From NCBI GenBank assembly GCA_964485745.1, contig CAZAKO010000002.1, positions 1 through 57,888 on the forward strand: a stretch of 57,888 nucleotides of DNA, written 5' to 3'. The translations under genes and the position numbers were made by a program. Position 1 is the first letter of the stretch. Every line of letters starts with the position of its first letter. The stretch comes from an uncultured bacterium. GTDB lineage: Bacteria; Fidelibacterota; UBA2242. Positions 1-10,840 of the stretch are shown here, piece after piece. The notes under the pieces were generated by a model. The model worked only from the letters and a program-made list of their open reading frames with translations. It did not search any database and was not told where the DNA came from.

Positions 1-1459
1 CAACTTTGATCTCCTTCATCACCGGGTTATACTGCTCCTGCTTGTCAAATGTAAATGGTTCATCCAGTGAAGCAAGATTTATCAATTGGATTTCGGCTTT
101 CCCTTTAAACATACCTGAGGTGCTAAATATGTCGGCGGTTATGGTTTTGTCCTTGTGGCGATTCACAACATTGATAAAAACTGTATTTGTTGCTTCATTG
201 TACACGGTGGTAACATCCAGGTAGGGGATGCCTTTATACTTCTCCGTATTAAAAGTATCGCATTGAACATATGTGTCAACTGCATTGCCGCGACAGTTAA
301 CTGAGAACAATTTGAACGTCTGAAACAGCGGCGATTTAAAACTTCCTTTTTCCCGGTCGGTACTCAGCAGGGAAGTCGCCATTGTAAAGTTGGTCATCTT
401 AACAACATCGGCATGTCGAATAAAGGAATTCAGACATTGGGCAACTGGCAGAACGGATCGAAAATTTCTGCCGAAAGTTCCCCACTCATCAAATGAAATG
501 TAAATGGGATTGGTAAAGCCTTTCATGGCTCTTATGGCTTCGATTTGGGCGGCTGGGATTCTGATCTTTTCTTCGAAATCCATCGCGCTTTGCCCCATGA
601 AAGTATAATAGTCAGGTGAGTTTTCCCAGTAGCGATGAATGGAAATATAATCGATCACATCGCCCAGTACCGTCAACACTTTCCGGTTCCATTCAACCCA
701 CTGACCGGTAGGTTCATAGTATGATGAGCCGGAAGCGACTAATTTAATGGTGTTGTCTACCGATCGCATCGCCTTGGCGGCTTCCCGGGCAATCTTGACG
801 TAATCCTCGGCGCATTTATAACCCAGTTCCCAGGGCGCGCCGTCAACTTCATTACCGAGATCCCAGATTTTTATGCCATACGGTTTTGGATGACCATTCT
901 TAGCGCGTAGATCAGAATAGTAAGTTCCTTTCTTATAGTTGCAGTATTCAACCCAATAACAAGCATCCTGGATTGTAGCCAGTCCCAAATTCACACAGAT
1001 GACATTTTCACTCCCGATGGTGTTATTTAACGCAATCCATTCATCCGTACCGACATGATTGTTCTCGATTCCACCCCAGGCGAGGTTGATCCGCGTCGGG
1101 CGTTGCGCCTTCGGTCCGATGCCGTCCTGCCAGTTATAGCCCATTACGAAATTGCCGCCCGGCCAGCGCATGTTGGTTATTTTTAATTCCTGCATTGCCT
1201 CAATATAATCTTTCCTAAAGCCGTTTTCATCGGCAAGCGGCGAGGACGGATCATATAAATTTCCATATAGGGTATTGAATTCTGCTGTATCCGGTAAACC
1301 CATTCTCCTTCCGCTAAAGTGGATCGGCTCCATAAATACGCCATAGATTTTCGGATCAATCGCCCCGATTGTTCGCTCAATATCAATTTTGATTGTTGCG
1401 GTTTGAGAGGATAAGATCGTAGAAAGTGCAACCAGTAAGGTAACAAGCAATTTTTTCAT
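1..1459 (-). CDS. abfA: GH51 alpha-L-arabinofuranosidase, truncated by the window edge (C-terminus missing)
   Basis: Absent from the supplied ORF track. ATG at 1459-1457 is preceded by GGGAG, and the reverse frame stays open to position 1. My translation starts MKKLLVTLLVALSTILSSQ (signal peptide). It contains 'MRWPGGNFVMGYNWQDGIGPKAQRPTRINLAWGG' and 'IKIWDLGNEVDGAPWE' (acid/base Glu motif), both typical of GH51 AbfA-type enzymes. Confidence 0.8.
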   Translation of the reverse strand, partial: MKKLLVTLLVALSTILSSQTATIKIDIERTIGAIDPKIYGVFMEPIHFSGRRMGLPDTAEFNTLYGNLYDPSSPLADENGFRKDYIEAMQELKITNMRWPGGNFVMGYNWQDGIGPKAQRPTRINLAWGGIENNHVGTDEWIALNNTIGSENVICVNLGLATIQDACYWVEYCNYKKGTYYSDLRAKNGHPKPYGIKIWDLGNEVDGAPWELGYKCAEDYVKIAREAAKAMRSVDNTIKLVASGSSYYEPTGQWVEWNRKVLTVLGDVIDYISIHRYWENSPDYYTFMGQSAMDFEEKIRIPAAQIEAIRAMKGFTNPIYISFDEWGTFGRNFRSVLPVAQCLNSFIRHADVVKMTNFTMATSLLSTDREKGSFKSPLFQTFKLFSVNCRGNAVDTYVQCDTFNTEKYKGIPYLDVTTVYNEATNTVFINVVNRHKDKTITADIFSTSGMFKGKAEIQLINLASLDEPFTFDKQEQYNPVMKEIKV

Positions 1460-1556
1460 GGTTACTCCCGATTAATTGATATTTTTGATTTAATAATCAA
1501 TTATATATTTTTCAGTCCTATAATCAGTTGTTTAATCGGTGACCTCAATTCTTATT

Positions 1557-3011
1557 CTATTTGGGGATTATATCCACGATTACCCGTTTGTATCGTGACA
1601 GTTGAGGAGTGCCTTTGTCGGTAACTTTCAATATGAAGTGGGCAGTCTCCTTTTTAGCTACTTCAGGAGCTATCACCCAAACTCCCCGTGCATTCTCGGC
1701 TGAATTAATTTTGATCAATTCTTTATATGATCCGGCTTCGGGATAATGAAACCACAGGTAACTGAGATTGTCTCCATCAGGATCGGTCGTACCGCTGGCA
1801 TCCAGACCAAAGCCCTCTCCTGATTTGACCGTTATCTGCTCAGGATGTCCCAATGCTGGCACGGGTGGATGGTTGGCTTCCTTGTAGGCTTTTATGCACC
1901 AGTCCATCCGGGCGGCAAAATCATTCTGAAAGTCATCCCGCCACCGCCACAAAGTCACTTTATTATTGCTGAAGGTAATGGTGTCCTTGCGAACTGTTCG
2001 TCCGTATTCATTATAAATATATGGAGTATAACTATCCACTGCATTTGTCCAGATAGCCCTTGTCTCGGGTTCAAACGGCACCCCCGATCCGCCTTTTGTG
2101 AGCGTCGCAAAATCTGGTTGGTACAGTTCATAACGACCACCCCAGCCACCCCATTCGGGATGTTCCGGCTCGTTGAGTCCGTTCGGTATTAACGGCAACC
2201 ACGACGGGGTATCCCCCTCCATGCCATAGGCTACATCGGGATAGGCCGCCCCGAGAGCTCCATGGCTTTGTTGAATGTTTTCTGCCAACCAATCATTGCT
2301 GATCTCATTATTGTCTAATCCATTCACAAAACCGTTGATGGCATTCCAGGTGGCACTGCCGTAATCATCGCTTGGACTGACAATATAAAACAGATCCGGA
2401 AAATTATTGCGAATCCAGATACCGCTGTCGTCCTGGTCCGATATGGTATAAACTCTGAGTTTTGCGATCAATTTTTTAACTTCCGTTTCGGATTTAGTTT
2501 TTCTGATTTTAAAAAGTGCCTGTGCTAACGTATTAGGACCGCCCCAGATGCAGATCCACAACAGGCGGTTATCATTTTCTTCAAGGACTTTGATAATCCA
2601 TTCTGAACCTTCCGAGTCTTTTCCATCGCCAACTCCCAGCATTCCGTATTTTGGCAAACCTTGCTTTACCTTCAGCAAAAGCGCCTCAGCGCCTGGGAAG
2701 CCGGTCTCATGTTTATTCAGGTTCGGTTGCACTTTTCCATAGGCCTGTATTATTTTTTTTATCGATTCAGGAGCAACTCTTGTTTTTTGCCATACCGAAG
2801 TCGTCGCAATCAATCCTTCGATATCAATCACATTTGAATATAAAAGTAACCGCACCAACGATTGAGTATCGTCCGGATCCGCCTCGATATCGGTTAAGAT
2901 AATTGCCCTGTTTTTGGGGGTTACCTGCGAGTATGGAGATTGGCAGGATAGCAATAAAAGAATCAAAATTAAAACAAAAGACATTCTCATAATATTTGAA
3001 TTCCCTATCAT
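1557..3011 (-). CDS. DUF1593 / Sde_0182-like protein with nucleoside-hydrolase-like domain; predicted lipoprotein; function unknown
   Basis: Signal peptide with lipobox 'LLLLSC'. N-terminal 'RAIILTDIEADPDDTQSLVRLLLYSNVIDIEGLIATTS' matches the DUF1593 / NH-like fold and its DxxxDxDD aspartate cluster. The C-terminal ~100 aa are Ig-like ('DPDGDNLSYLWFHYPE'). Start uncertain (ATGs at 3011, 2990 and 2984). Confidence 0.75.
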   Translation of the reverse strand: MIGNSNIMRMSFVLILILLLLSCQSPYSQVTPKNRAIILTDIEADPDDTQSLVRLLLYSNVIDIEGLIATTSVWQKTRVAPESIKKIIQAYGKVQPNLNKHETGFPGAEALLLKVKQGLPKYGMLGVGDGKDSEGSEWIIKVLEENDNRLLWICIWGGPNTLAQALFKIRKTKSETEVKKLIAKLRVYTISDQDDSGIWIRNNFPDLFYIVSPSDDYGSATWNAINGFVNGLDNNEISNDWLAENIQQSHGALGAAYPDVAYGMEGDTPSWLPLIPNGLNEPEHPEWGGWGGRYELYQPDFATLTKGGSGVPFEPETRAIWTNAVDSYTPYIYNEYGRTVRKDTITFSNNKVTLWRWRDDFQNDFAARMDWCIKAYKEANHPPVPALGHPEQITVKSGEGFGLDASGTTDPDGDNLSYLWFHYPEAGSYKELIKINSAENARGVWVIAPEVAKKETAHFILKVTDKGTPQLSRYKRVIVDIIPK

Positions 3012-3038
3012 TTGAGTTAAACCAATTTTTTCGTTTCG

Positions 3039-4094
3039 CTATACAATCCTGCTTACCCCGAAGGGATGGCTTCTGCCAAAAGACGATATAAATAAGTACC
3101 GTTTGACAGTCCTGCCACATTTCATTGCCTTGAATATTTCCCGGAAGACTGCGAACTTTATCGGGGCGTCTCCATCCTGGGTATCAATTTTAGTTATTCC
3201 GGATTCAATCGTGAAAAAATCAACCATCATTTTCAAATATTGATCTATAAACATACCGGGACCATGTTGACCACCCGGAACTAAAACAAATTGACCTGGC
3301 ACGTTTGCTTTCTGCAAAGCAGCAAAGAGCAATTCGCTGTTACAATGAGGCACTAACGGGTCCGCATCGCCATGCAGAATCAGAAAAGACGGGTCGTTCG
3401 GGTCTACATAAGTGATCGGATTCGCCAGCGCACATTTGTCGGGATTGTCCTGAATCGGTCCGCCGATGAGGCTCGATTCAGGGGAATCGGGAGCATCATG
3501 AACCATGCCGCTTTCGCAGGAGTCCATTACCAGGAAGTCAGTCGGTCCAAACCAGTCCACGACCGCATCAACTGCACTGCTGTAGGTTAAATATTGACCA
3601 AGATTGCCCTCTAAATCATAGGTTGTGGAACCAATGGTATAATGTTTGACAAACCTGGAAGTCCCCGCCAGTGCCGCCAGGTGTCCGCCTGACGAGCTTC
3701 CGGTTATGCCAACGAAAGAAGTATCAAGCTGATAATTCCCGGCATTCGCCCGGATAAAACGAATCACGGCTTTAATATCATTGATTTGAGCGGGAAATTT
3801 TGCATCGGCACTCGAACGGTGGTTGGGCATGACTATGGCAAAACCGGCATCCAGTAAGGCTTTACCTAAAGTCGCCAGATCAGTCCCTTTTAGATTGTTA
3901 CCAAACCACGCGCTGCCATAGATTACCACCACAACCGGATAGGTTGGCTTTACAACTTTAGGTAGATAAATATCCAACCGGTGATATACCAGTGAGTCAC
4001 CCACATAATCCAAATCCTTCCAGCTTTTAGAGTATTGCTGGCTAAAGCAATGGATGCATACTACAGCAAAAACAAATATTGTAGAGCATTTCAT
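3039..4094 (-). CDS. Secreted alpha/beta-hydrolase (carbohydrate esterase-like, BD-FAE/CE10-like)
   Basis: Signal peptide MKCSTIFVFAVVCIHCFSQ. Oxyanion region 'VVVVIYGSAWFGN', nucleophile elbow 'GITGSSSGGHLAA' and 'HGDADPLVP' (Asp/His region). The last ~45 aa resemble no domain I know. Confidence 0.7.
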   Translation of the reverse strand: MKCSTIFVFAVVCIHCFSQQYSKSWKDLDYVGDSLVYHRLDIYLPKVVKPTYPVVVVIYGSAWFGNNLKGTDLATLGKALLDAGFAIVMPNHRSSADAKFPAQINDIKAVIRFIRANAGNYQLDTSFVGITGSSSGGHLAALAGTSRFVKHYTIGSTTYDLEGNLGQYLTYSSAVDAVVDWFGPTDFLVMDSCESGMVHDAPDSPESSLIGGPIQDNPDKCALANPITYVDPNDPSFLILHGDADPLVPHCNSELLFAALQKANVPGQFVLVPGGQHGPGMFIDQYLKMMVDFFTIESGITKIDTQDGDAPIKFAVFREIFKAMKCGRTVKRYLFISSFGRSHPFGVSRIV

Positions 4095-4218
4095 AGCTCA
4101 ATTCTCTTATTTGTACTCTGATCTTGAATATATGCACCTATTTAGTTGGTCATTTTGCCATATCGCATTAATCATGAACGTAATTTTAATCAAGAAGGCT
4201 GCTCGTTACAGGTCAATT

Positions 4219-5385
<1,167 letters not shown>

Positions 5386-5496
5386 TTAAAACTGTCCTTT
5401 TAAAAACACGAAAAACTTTGGATCACCTGGAGCAAGTAATTGTCGATCAAGAATTATTCTGCGGTTGATAGCAGCTAACAAGAATAATCCCAATTT

Positions 5497-8280
5497 CTAT
5501 TCAATTGTTAAAATTTCTTTCAATCGAATATCTTTACATGAACTGCCGACTTGAATTTCCCACCGTCCCCGTTCTGTTTTGAAATCGTTCGATTCGATGT
5601 CGTAGAATGAAAACTCGGAAACAGGAATTTTGAAAGTCAGCGTTTTACTTTCACCGGGCTTAAGGGAAATCCTTTGAAAACGTTTTAATTGATTGATGGG
5701 CACTTTAATCGTTGCATCTATCCAACGAACGTAAACCTGAGCAACTTCATCCCCTTTGAGTTCCCCGCTGTTTTTAACTGAAAAATGGAGTTCAACCTCA
5801 CCATCTTTTTCAACTAATTCGGAATTCAGTTCTAAGTCGCTATATTCAAATCGTGTGTAAGAAAGCCCATGTCCAAACGGGAATAAAACCGGTTGTTCGA
5901 AATACATATAAGTTCGGGGATTATTTATAAGGTCATAATCCCACATGGGTGGCAGTTGTTGGGTTGAGGCATAGAATGTTGCGGGAAGCTTGCCGCCGGG
6001 ATTCACATCACCGAATAAGACATCGGCAATGGCTTTACCACCCAATTCGCCGCTATACCAGGCTTCAACAATTGCATTAGCTTGAGTTTCCGCTCCTGCC
6101 AGAGCAATGGGTCCGCCATTCACAAGCACAACCACTATATTTGGATTGACCGTCGCAACTTCAGTAATTAAATCTCTTTGAACCTGGGGTAATTCAATCG
6201 TGGTTCGGTCTAACTCTTCCTGCGAAAGCCCAGGTGAAATTCCGAGCACCAGAATAACAACATCATTTCTCGCCGCAACCTCTTTGGCTTTGCTGAAATC
6301 CTTTTGTGCAAGATCCCAGGTTAACCTCGCAGTTGCCCCTAACGCATTTTCAAAATATTCAAATACTATCTCATATTCTTTACCCGGTTCCAAGTCGGCT
6401 TCGGCACCAATGGGTTTTTCACCGTGTTCAGTCCAGTCATTAATCAACAATTTTCCATCTAAATAAAGACGTGAACCATCATCACAGCTGGTACCAATAT
6501 GATGGACGGGTTTGGGAGGAATTATCTTACCGGTCCAGCGGACTGAAAACCGATCTGCCGGAACACCCGGAGCGGGGGATTTAACCCCGTAACGAAAATC
6601 TACCACTGAATCTATCCGCGTTACAACCGGTTCTCCCGATAAATTCATATTATCAAAATATTCACCCTTCATCCCGGCTTTATTGGTTCCCTTTACTTTA
6701 GCGAAATATTGTGGCTCAATGGGTCTCAGCAAACCGCCGCCAATATCGCATCCTTTTGAATATTCCACTTTTATATCCAGAGCAGCTGCTTTTTCCTTTA
6801 TACCGTCAAGCGGGCTGTTCCAGACATTGGGAAAACCGCTGTAAATACCCAATTGAGCCTCTGCCGCATTGGGTCCGATTACTGCAATTGATTTTACCTT
6901 TTCCTTTTTCAAAGGCAGCACGCCGTCATTTTTAAGGAGTACGATAACTTTTTGCGCGGCTTCATAGGCTAAATCACGATGTTCCTGGCAATCAAGTTTT
7001 TCTTTTGAAATGGTAGAATAAGGCACTCTTTCCGGCGGATCAAAATCGCCCAATCTGAAACGCGCCGATAAAACCCTCTCTAAGGCACGATCGAGGTCCT
7101 TTTCCTCCAATAATCCCAGATCAAGAGCTTCCTGTAGGTACTCACGATATTCCTGTCCGCAGCTCATGTCACAGCCGGCGCGGACACTTCGGGCAACCGC
7201 CTCTGCCCCAGTAGCGAAAAAGTGATGACCATTAATCATATCGTTAATCGCGCCGCAATCGGTGACGACATATCCCGCAAAATTCCATTGACGTCTCAAC
7301 AGATTGGTCAATAAAAATGAATTCGCGTTACAGGGAACCTGATTGAGTTCATTATAGGCACCCATAATGGAATAGGCTTTTCCCTCAATGACAGCCTGAC
7401 GATAAGCCGGTAAATAATATTCATATAGACTGCGCATGTCCACATCGGACGAACCGGTATGCCGGCGTTCTTCCTCATTGTTGGCGATATAGTGTTTGGG
7501 CGTGGAAACGGTTTTTAGATAATAAGGGTCATTACCCTGCATGCCTTTGACAAAGGCGACTCCCATCCGCGATAGGAGATAGGGATCCTCGCTATAGGAT
7601 TCCTCATTCCGACCCCAACGCGGATCGCGCGCAATATTGAGCGTCGGGCTCCAATAGGTCAATCCTTTACTATAAGCGACATGATATGCACGGGCTTCAT
7701 CAGAAATTGCTGAAGCTACCCGCCGCACTAGATCAGGCTCCCACGTAGCGCCCATCGCCACCGCTTGCGGAAAGGAGGTCGCGCCACTGGCAAGTACGCC
7801 GTGTAAAGCTTCACTCCAATAATTGTAATGCGCAACGCCCAGGCGTGGGATTGCATCCGCGTCATTGGTTAATTGACCGATCTTTTCTTTAAGTGTCATT
7901 AAACTGATCAGATCGGTCAACCTTTCTTGATAAGAATTAGATTTAAAGACATTGATGATCACCGAACTGCTCACCGGTTGTTTGCCCTTTTCTTGTCCGG
8001 TAAGAATCAATAGGTAATAACCGGGACGCGGGAAGGTCACTTCAGTTACAGGATTCCTTGCGTCCTTGAAGACAACTTTGGAGTTTTGCGGACATTTCCA
8101 CTCAACTTTCATTTTATTCGAAGAAACACTTCCTTGAAGTTGGGCAGCATGGTTTTTTTCCCAATCAATTATTTGGTTGTTCCCGGCATTAATTACCGCA
8201 GTTTGAGGATATACAAGAGTTGAGACTAAAAGAAGTACGACTGCTGTCGCGACGATTGATCTGAAAGTCTTTTGATTCAT
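5497..8280 (-). CDS. GH3 exo-glycosidase (beta-xylosidase/beta-glucosidase) with N-terminal Ig-like extension and PA14 insert
   Basis: 'KEKIGQLTNDADAIPRLGVAHYNYWSEALHGV', 'GYVVTDCGAI' and the PA14 insert 'GEYFDNMNLSGEPVVTRIDSVVDFRYG'. The track start at 8292 is TTG. ATG at 8280 has GGAGAG upstream and gives the signal peptide MNQKTFRSIVATAVVLLLV. Confidence 0.85.
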   Translation of the reverse strand: MNQKTFRSIVATAVVLLLVSTLVYPQTAVINAGNNQIIDWEKNHAAQLQGSVSSNKMKVEWKCPQNSKVVFKDARNPVTEVTFPRPGYYLLILTGQEKGKQPVSSSVIINVFKSNSYQERLTDLISLMTLKEKIGQLTNDADAIPRLGVAHYNYWSEALHGVLASGATSFPQAVAMGATWEPDLVRRVASAISDEARAYHVAYSKGLTYWSPTLNIARDPRWGRNEESYSEDPYLLSRMGVAFVKGMQGNDPYYLKTVSTPKHYIANNEEERRHTGSSDVDMRSLYEYYLPAYRQAVIEGKAYSIMGAYNELNQVPCNANSFLLTNLLRRQWNFAGYVVTDCGAINDMINGHHFFATGAEAVARSVRAGCDMSCGQEYREYLQEALDLGLLEEKDLDRALERVLSARFRLGDFDPPERVPYSTISKEKLDCQEHRDLAYEAAQKVIVLLKNDGVLPLKKEKVKSIAVIGPNAAEAQLGIYSGFPNVWNSPLDGIKEKAAALDIKVEYSKGCDIGGGLLRPIEPQYFAKVKGTNKAGMKGEYFDNMNLSGEPVVTRIDSVVDFRYGVKSPAPGVPADRFSVRWTGKIIPPKPVHHIGTSCDDGSRLYLDGKLLINDWTEHGEKPIGAEADLEPGKEYEIVFEYFENALGATARLTWDLAQKDFSKAKEVAARNDVVILVLGISPGLSQEELDRTTIELPQVQRDLITEVATVNPNIVVVLVNGGPIALAGAETQANAIVEAWYSGELGGKAIADVLFGDVNPGGKLPATFYASTQQLPPMWDYDLINNPRTYMYFEQPVLFPFGHGLSYTRFEYSDLELNSELVEKDGEVELHFSVKNSGELKGDEVAQVYVRWIDATIKVPINQLKRFQRISLKPGESKTLTFKIPVSEFSFYDIESNDFKTERGRWEIQVGSSCKDIRLKEILTIE

Positions 8281-8338
8281 GTCACTCTCCAATAAAATTT
8301 ACTTTAGTTCGGCTTATCCTTAAGGTACATACCTCGCA

Positions 8339-10804
8339 CTATTTCTTTAAGAGAATATATCTACCGCCTGGTTTAGTTCCAATATCATAAACAAAAGTAT
8401 CTCTTAATTCAACACTTTTCAGCATCGCCTTATCAGAAATCAGGGGTTTTTTTATCTCAGGAATCCGGTAAAAAGGATTAGTATTTTCACCTTTGGTAAT
8501 TTCAAGGCTTGTTTTACCTTCAGCTTTTAATTCTGTATAAGAGCGAATCCGGCAGTTGCCACCCAGGTTCGACTTGATTATTAACCTTGAGACTTCTCCG
8601 TTTTGCCATTCCATATTTTCGATTTCGAATCCGCCCCGGGCGCGCAAACCTTTTACGCTACCGTTCTGCCAAACATCCGGCAGGGCAGGCAGCACAAAGA
8701 TTGCACCATCACCGCTTTGCAGAAGCATTTCCGTAACGCCGGCCGTAAAACCAAAATTACCATCAATCTGAAAAGGCGGGTGGGCATCCAAAAGATTGGG
8801 ATAGGTACCTCCTTTTTGTTTGCCATCGGGCTGGATAGATGGTGATAACTGGTCGGCAATCAGTTTAAAGGCATGATTGCCGTCAAGCAGATGCGCCCAT
8901 AAATTGATTTTCCATCCCATTGACCAGCCAGTGGATTCATCACCGCGTGCAATCAGGGATGTTTTCGCGGCAGAAAACAATTCCGGCGTCCGATAAGGTG
9001 ATATTTGATTAGAAGGATACAGCCCATATAAATGTGAGACATGGCGGTGCTTGTCGTCCGAATTATCCCAATCTTCAAGCCATTCCTGCAACTGCTCCCA
9101 TTTACCAATCTGCATCGGCGGCAAACGTTTTAAAGTATCTTTCATTTTTCCGATCAATTCCCGATCGGTATTGAGAATTTCCGCGGCTTTGATTGTCTTG
9201 GTCAAAAGATCAAACAGCAGTTGATTATCCATTGTCGTCCCAGCCGAGATGGAATATTTAGGATGACACGATGGAGAGTTCTCCGGAGAGACGGAAGGAC
9301 AGACGACCAGCCAATCATGTCCCGGATATTCAACTAAAAAACTCAGATAAAATTCTACGGCGCTTTTCATAATGGGATAAACCGATTCAAGATATTCCTT
9401 ATCACCATTGTATTCATATTTTTCCCATAGATGCTGGCAAAGCCAGGCGCCGCCCATCGGCCACATGCCCCAGTAGGCGCCGTCAACCGGACCGTTGATC
9501 CGCCAAATGTCCGTATTGTGGTGCAAAACCCAGCCCTCGACATCATACATATCCCTTGCGGTTTGCCTGCCGGTCTGAGAGAGTTCGCGAATCATTCTGA
9601 TCAGCGGCTCATTCATTTCACTCAAGTTAGTTGGTTCGGACGGCCAATAATTCATTTCCGTATTAATATTGACCGTATATTTACTATCCCAGGGCGGATA
9701 AAGCTGACTATTCCAGATTCCCTGCAGATTCGCCGGCTGTCCGCCGGGTCGCGAGGCAGAGATCAGTAAATAACGACCAAATTGAAAATATAATGCCACT
9801 AGCTGCGGATCGTTTCCTCGCGTAAATTTTTCAATCCGAAAGTCGGTGGGATTGTTTACGGAATCAGTTGCTCCCAGATCAAGGCTGACTCGCTTAAAAT
9901 AGCGCTGATAGTCGGCAATGTGATCTTTCAAAATCTGGTCATAATTCTTTTTCAAAGCTTTTTGAAGATAAGTTTTAACCCTTTCACCGGCATCGCCGCT
10001 GATATCATTATAATTCTTGAAACTGGATGCGATTGAAAGATATAGGGTGGCAACATTGGCGTTGCTTACAATCAGATTCTGATTGCTTGTAGAAACCGAT
10101 CCGCCTTCGGTTCTTACTTTCACCTGTACCTGAAATTTAACCGCACCTTCAATAGAATCGCAATCACTGGTAACTCCGGACATAATTAATTGATCATTTC
10201 CTTCGGTTGATATGACTACCGGTGCCGGATGATTCAGTGAAGCAGTAAAGTTAATTTTAGCAGATTCGCTGGCTGTAATTCGAACTATCATAACCTGGTC
10301 CGGATATGAGGCAAAAACTTCACGTTGATATGTCACTCCATCAATATCATAGCGAGTAAGAGTCACCGCCGTCTCGATATTCAGCTCCCGGTAATAATTC
10401 AAAAAATGTTCATGCCCTGGAAATACAAGGCAAAGGCTTCCCGCCGTTTGATAGGGCATGCCTTGCGAATTCCGACTGATGAATTTCCGGTTAGCCAGAT
10501 CCTGGGCTTCTTTATACTTGCCGGCAAAAATTAATTGCCTGACTTCCGGTAGAGCTTCTCTGGCGTCAGGGTTATCATTCCGGTGCGGTTGACCCGCCCA
10601 GATGGTATTTTCATTGAGCTGGATCTCTTCTTTAGCAGGATTGCCGAAAACCATGCCGCCTAAGCGACCATTACCGATGGGCAGCGCCTCAACCCATTGC
10701 TTAGCAGGTTGGCTGTACCAAAGTTTCAACAAAGTATTACTTTGGGCTAATACATTTGGCACCGAAATCAAGCTGAGCCAACAAATCAAAAAAATGCTCT
10801 TCAT
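8339..10804 (-). CDS. GH95 alpha-L-fucosidase (alpha-1,2-L-fucosidase/alpha-L-galactosidase family)
   Basis: Signal peptide followed by the hallmark N-terminus '[44 protein letters not shown]'. The ~820-aa length is typical of GH95. Confidence 0.9.
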   Translation of the reverse strand: MKSIFLICWLSLISVPNVLAQSNTLLKLWYSQPAKQWVEALPIGNGRLGGMVFGNPAKEEIQLNENTIWAGQPHRNDNPDAREALPEVRQLIFAGKYKEAQDLANRKFISRNSQGMPYQTAGSLCLVFPGHEHFLNYYRELNIETAVTLTRYDIDGVTYQREVFASYPDQVMIVRITASESAKINFTASLNHPAPVVISTEGNDQLIMSGVTSDCDSIEGAVKFQVQVKVRTEGGSVSTSNQNLIVSNANVATLYLSIASSFKNYNDISGDAGERVKTYLQKALKKNYDQILKDHIADYQRYFKRVSLDLGATDSVNNPTDFRIEKFTRGNDPQLVALYFQFGRYLLISASRPGGQPANLQGIWNSQLYPPWDSKYTVNINTEMNYWPSEPTNLSEMNEPLIRMIRELSQTGRQTARDMYDVEGWVLHHNTDIWRINGPVDGAYWGMWPMGGAWLCQHLWEKYEYNGDKEYLESVYPIMKSAVEFYLSFLVEYPGHDWLVVCPSVSPENSPSCHPKYSISAGTTMDNQLLFDLLTKTIKAAEILNTDRELIGKMKDTLKRLPPMQIGKWEQLQEWLEDWDNSDDKHRHVSHLYGLYPSNQISPYRTPELFSAAKTSLIARGDESTGWSMGWKINLWAHLLDGNHAFKLIADQLSPSIQPDGKQKGGTYPNLLDAHPPFQIDGNFGFTAGVTEMLLQSGDGAIFVLPALPDVWQNGSVKGLRARGGFEIENMEWQNGEVSRLIIKSNLGGNCRIRSYTELKAEGKTSLEITKGENTNPFYRIPEIKKPLISDKAMLKSVELRDTFVYDIGTKPGGRYILLKK

Positions 10805-10840
10805 TATTCTAAGTATACTTTAATCGCTACCAATACAACA

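Noticed and set aside
1183-1446. 87-aa minus-strand ORF from the track.
   Set aside because: It is in a different frame from the continuous GH51 reading frame that covers 1-1459, so it is spurious.
1473-1503. Inverted repeat TAATTGAT-N15-ATCAATTA between the DUF1593 stop and the GH51 start. I considered it as a terminator or operator.
   Set aside because: The 8-bp arms are entirely AT-rich and sit in an AT-rich spacer. There is no GC stem or T-tract, so it could easily arise by chance. The other intergenic gaps I inspected showed no convincing Rho-independent terminators either.
3039-3180. The odd ~45-aa C-terminal tail of the alpha/beta-hydrolase ('...DGDAPIKFAVFREIFKAMKCGRTVKRYLFISSFGRSHPFGVSRIV'). 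I considered it as a truncated T9SS sorting domain.
   Set aside because: It is too short and lacks the NYPNPF, IYD..G..V and GVYFY landmarks in any of the three frames I translated.
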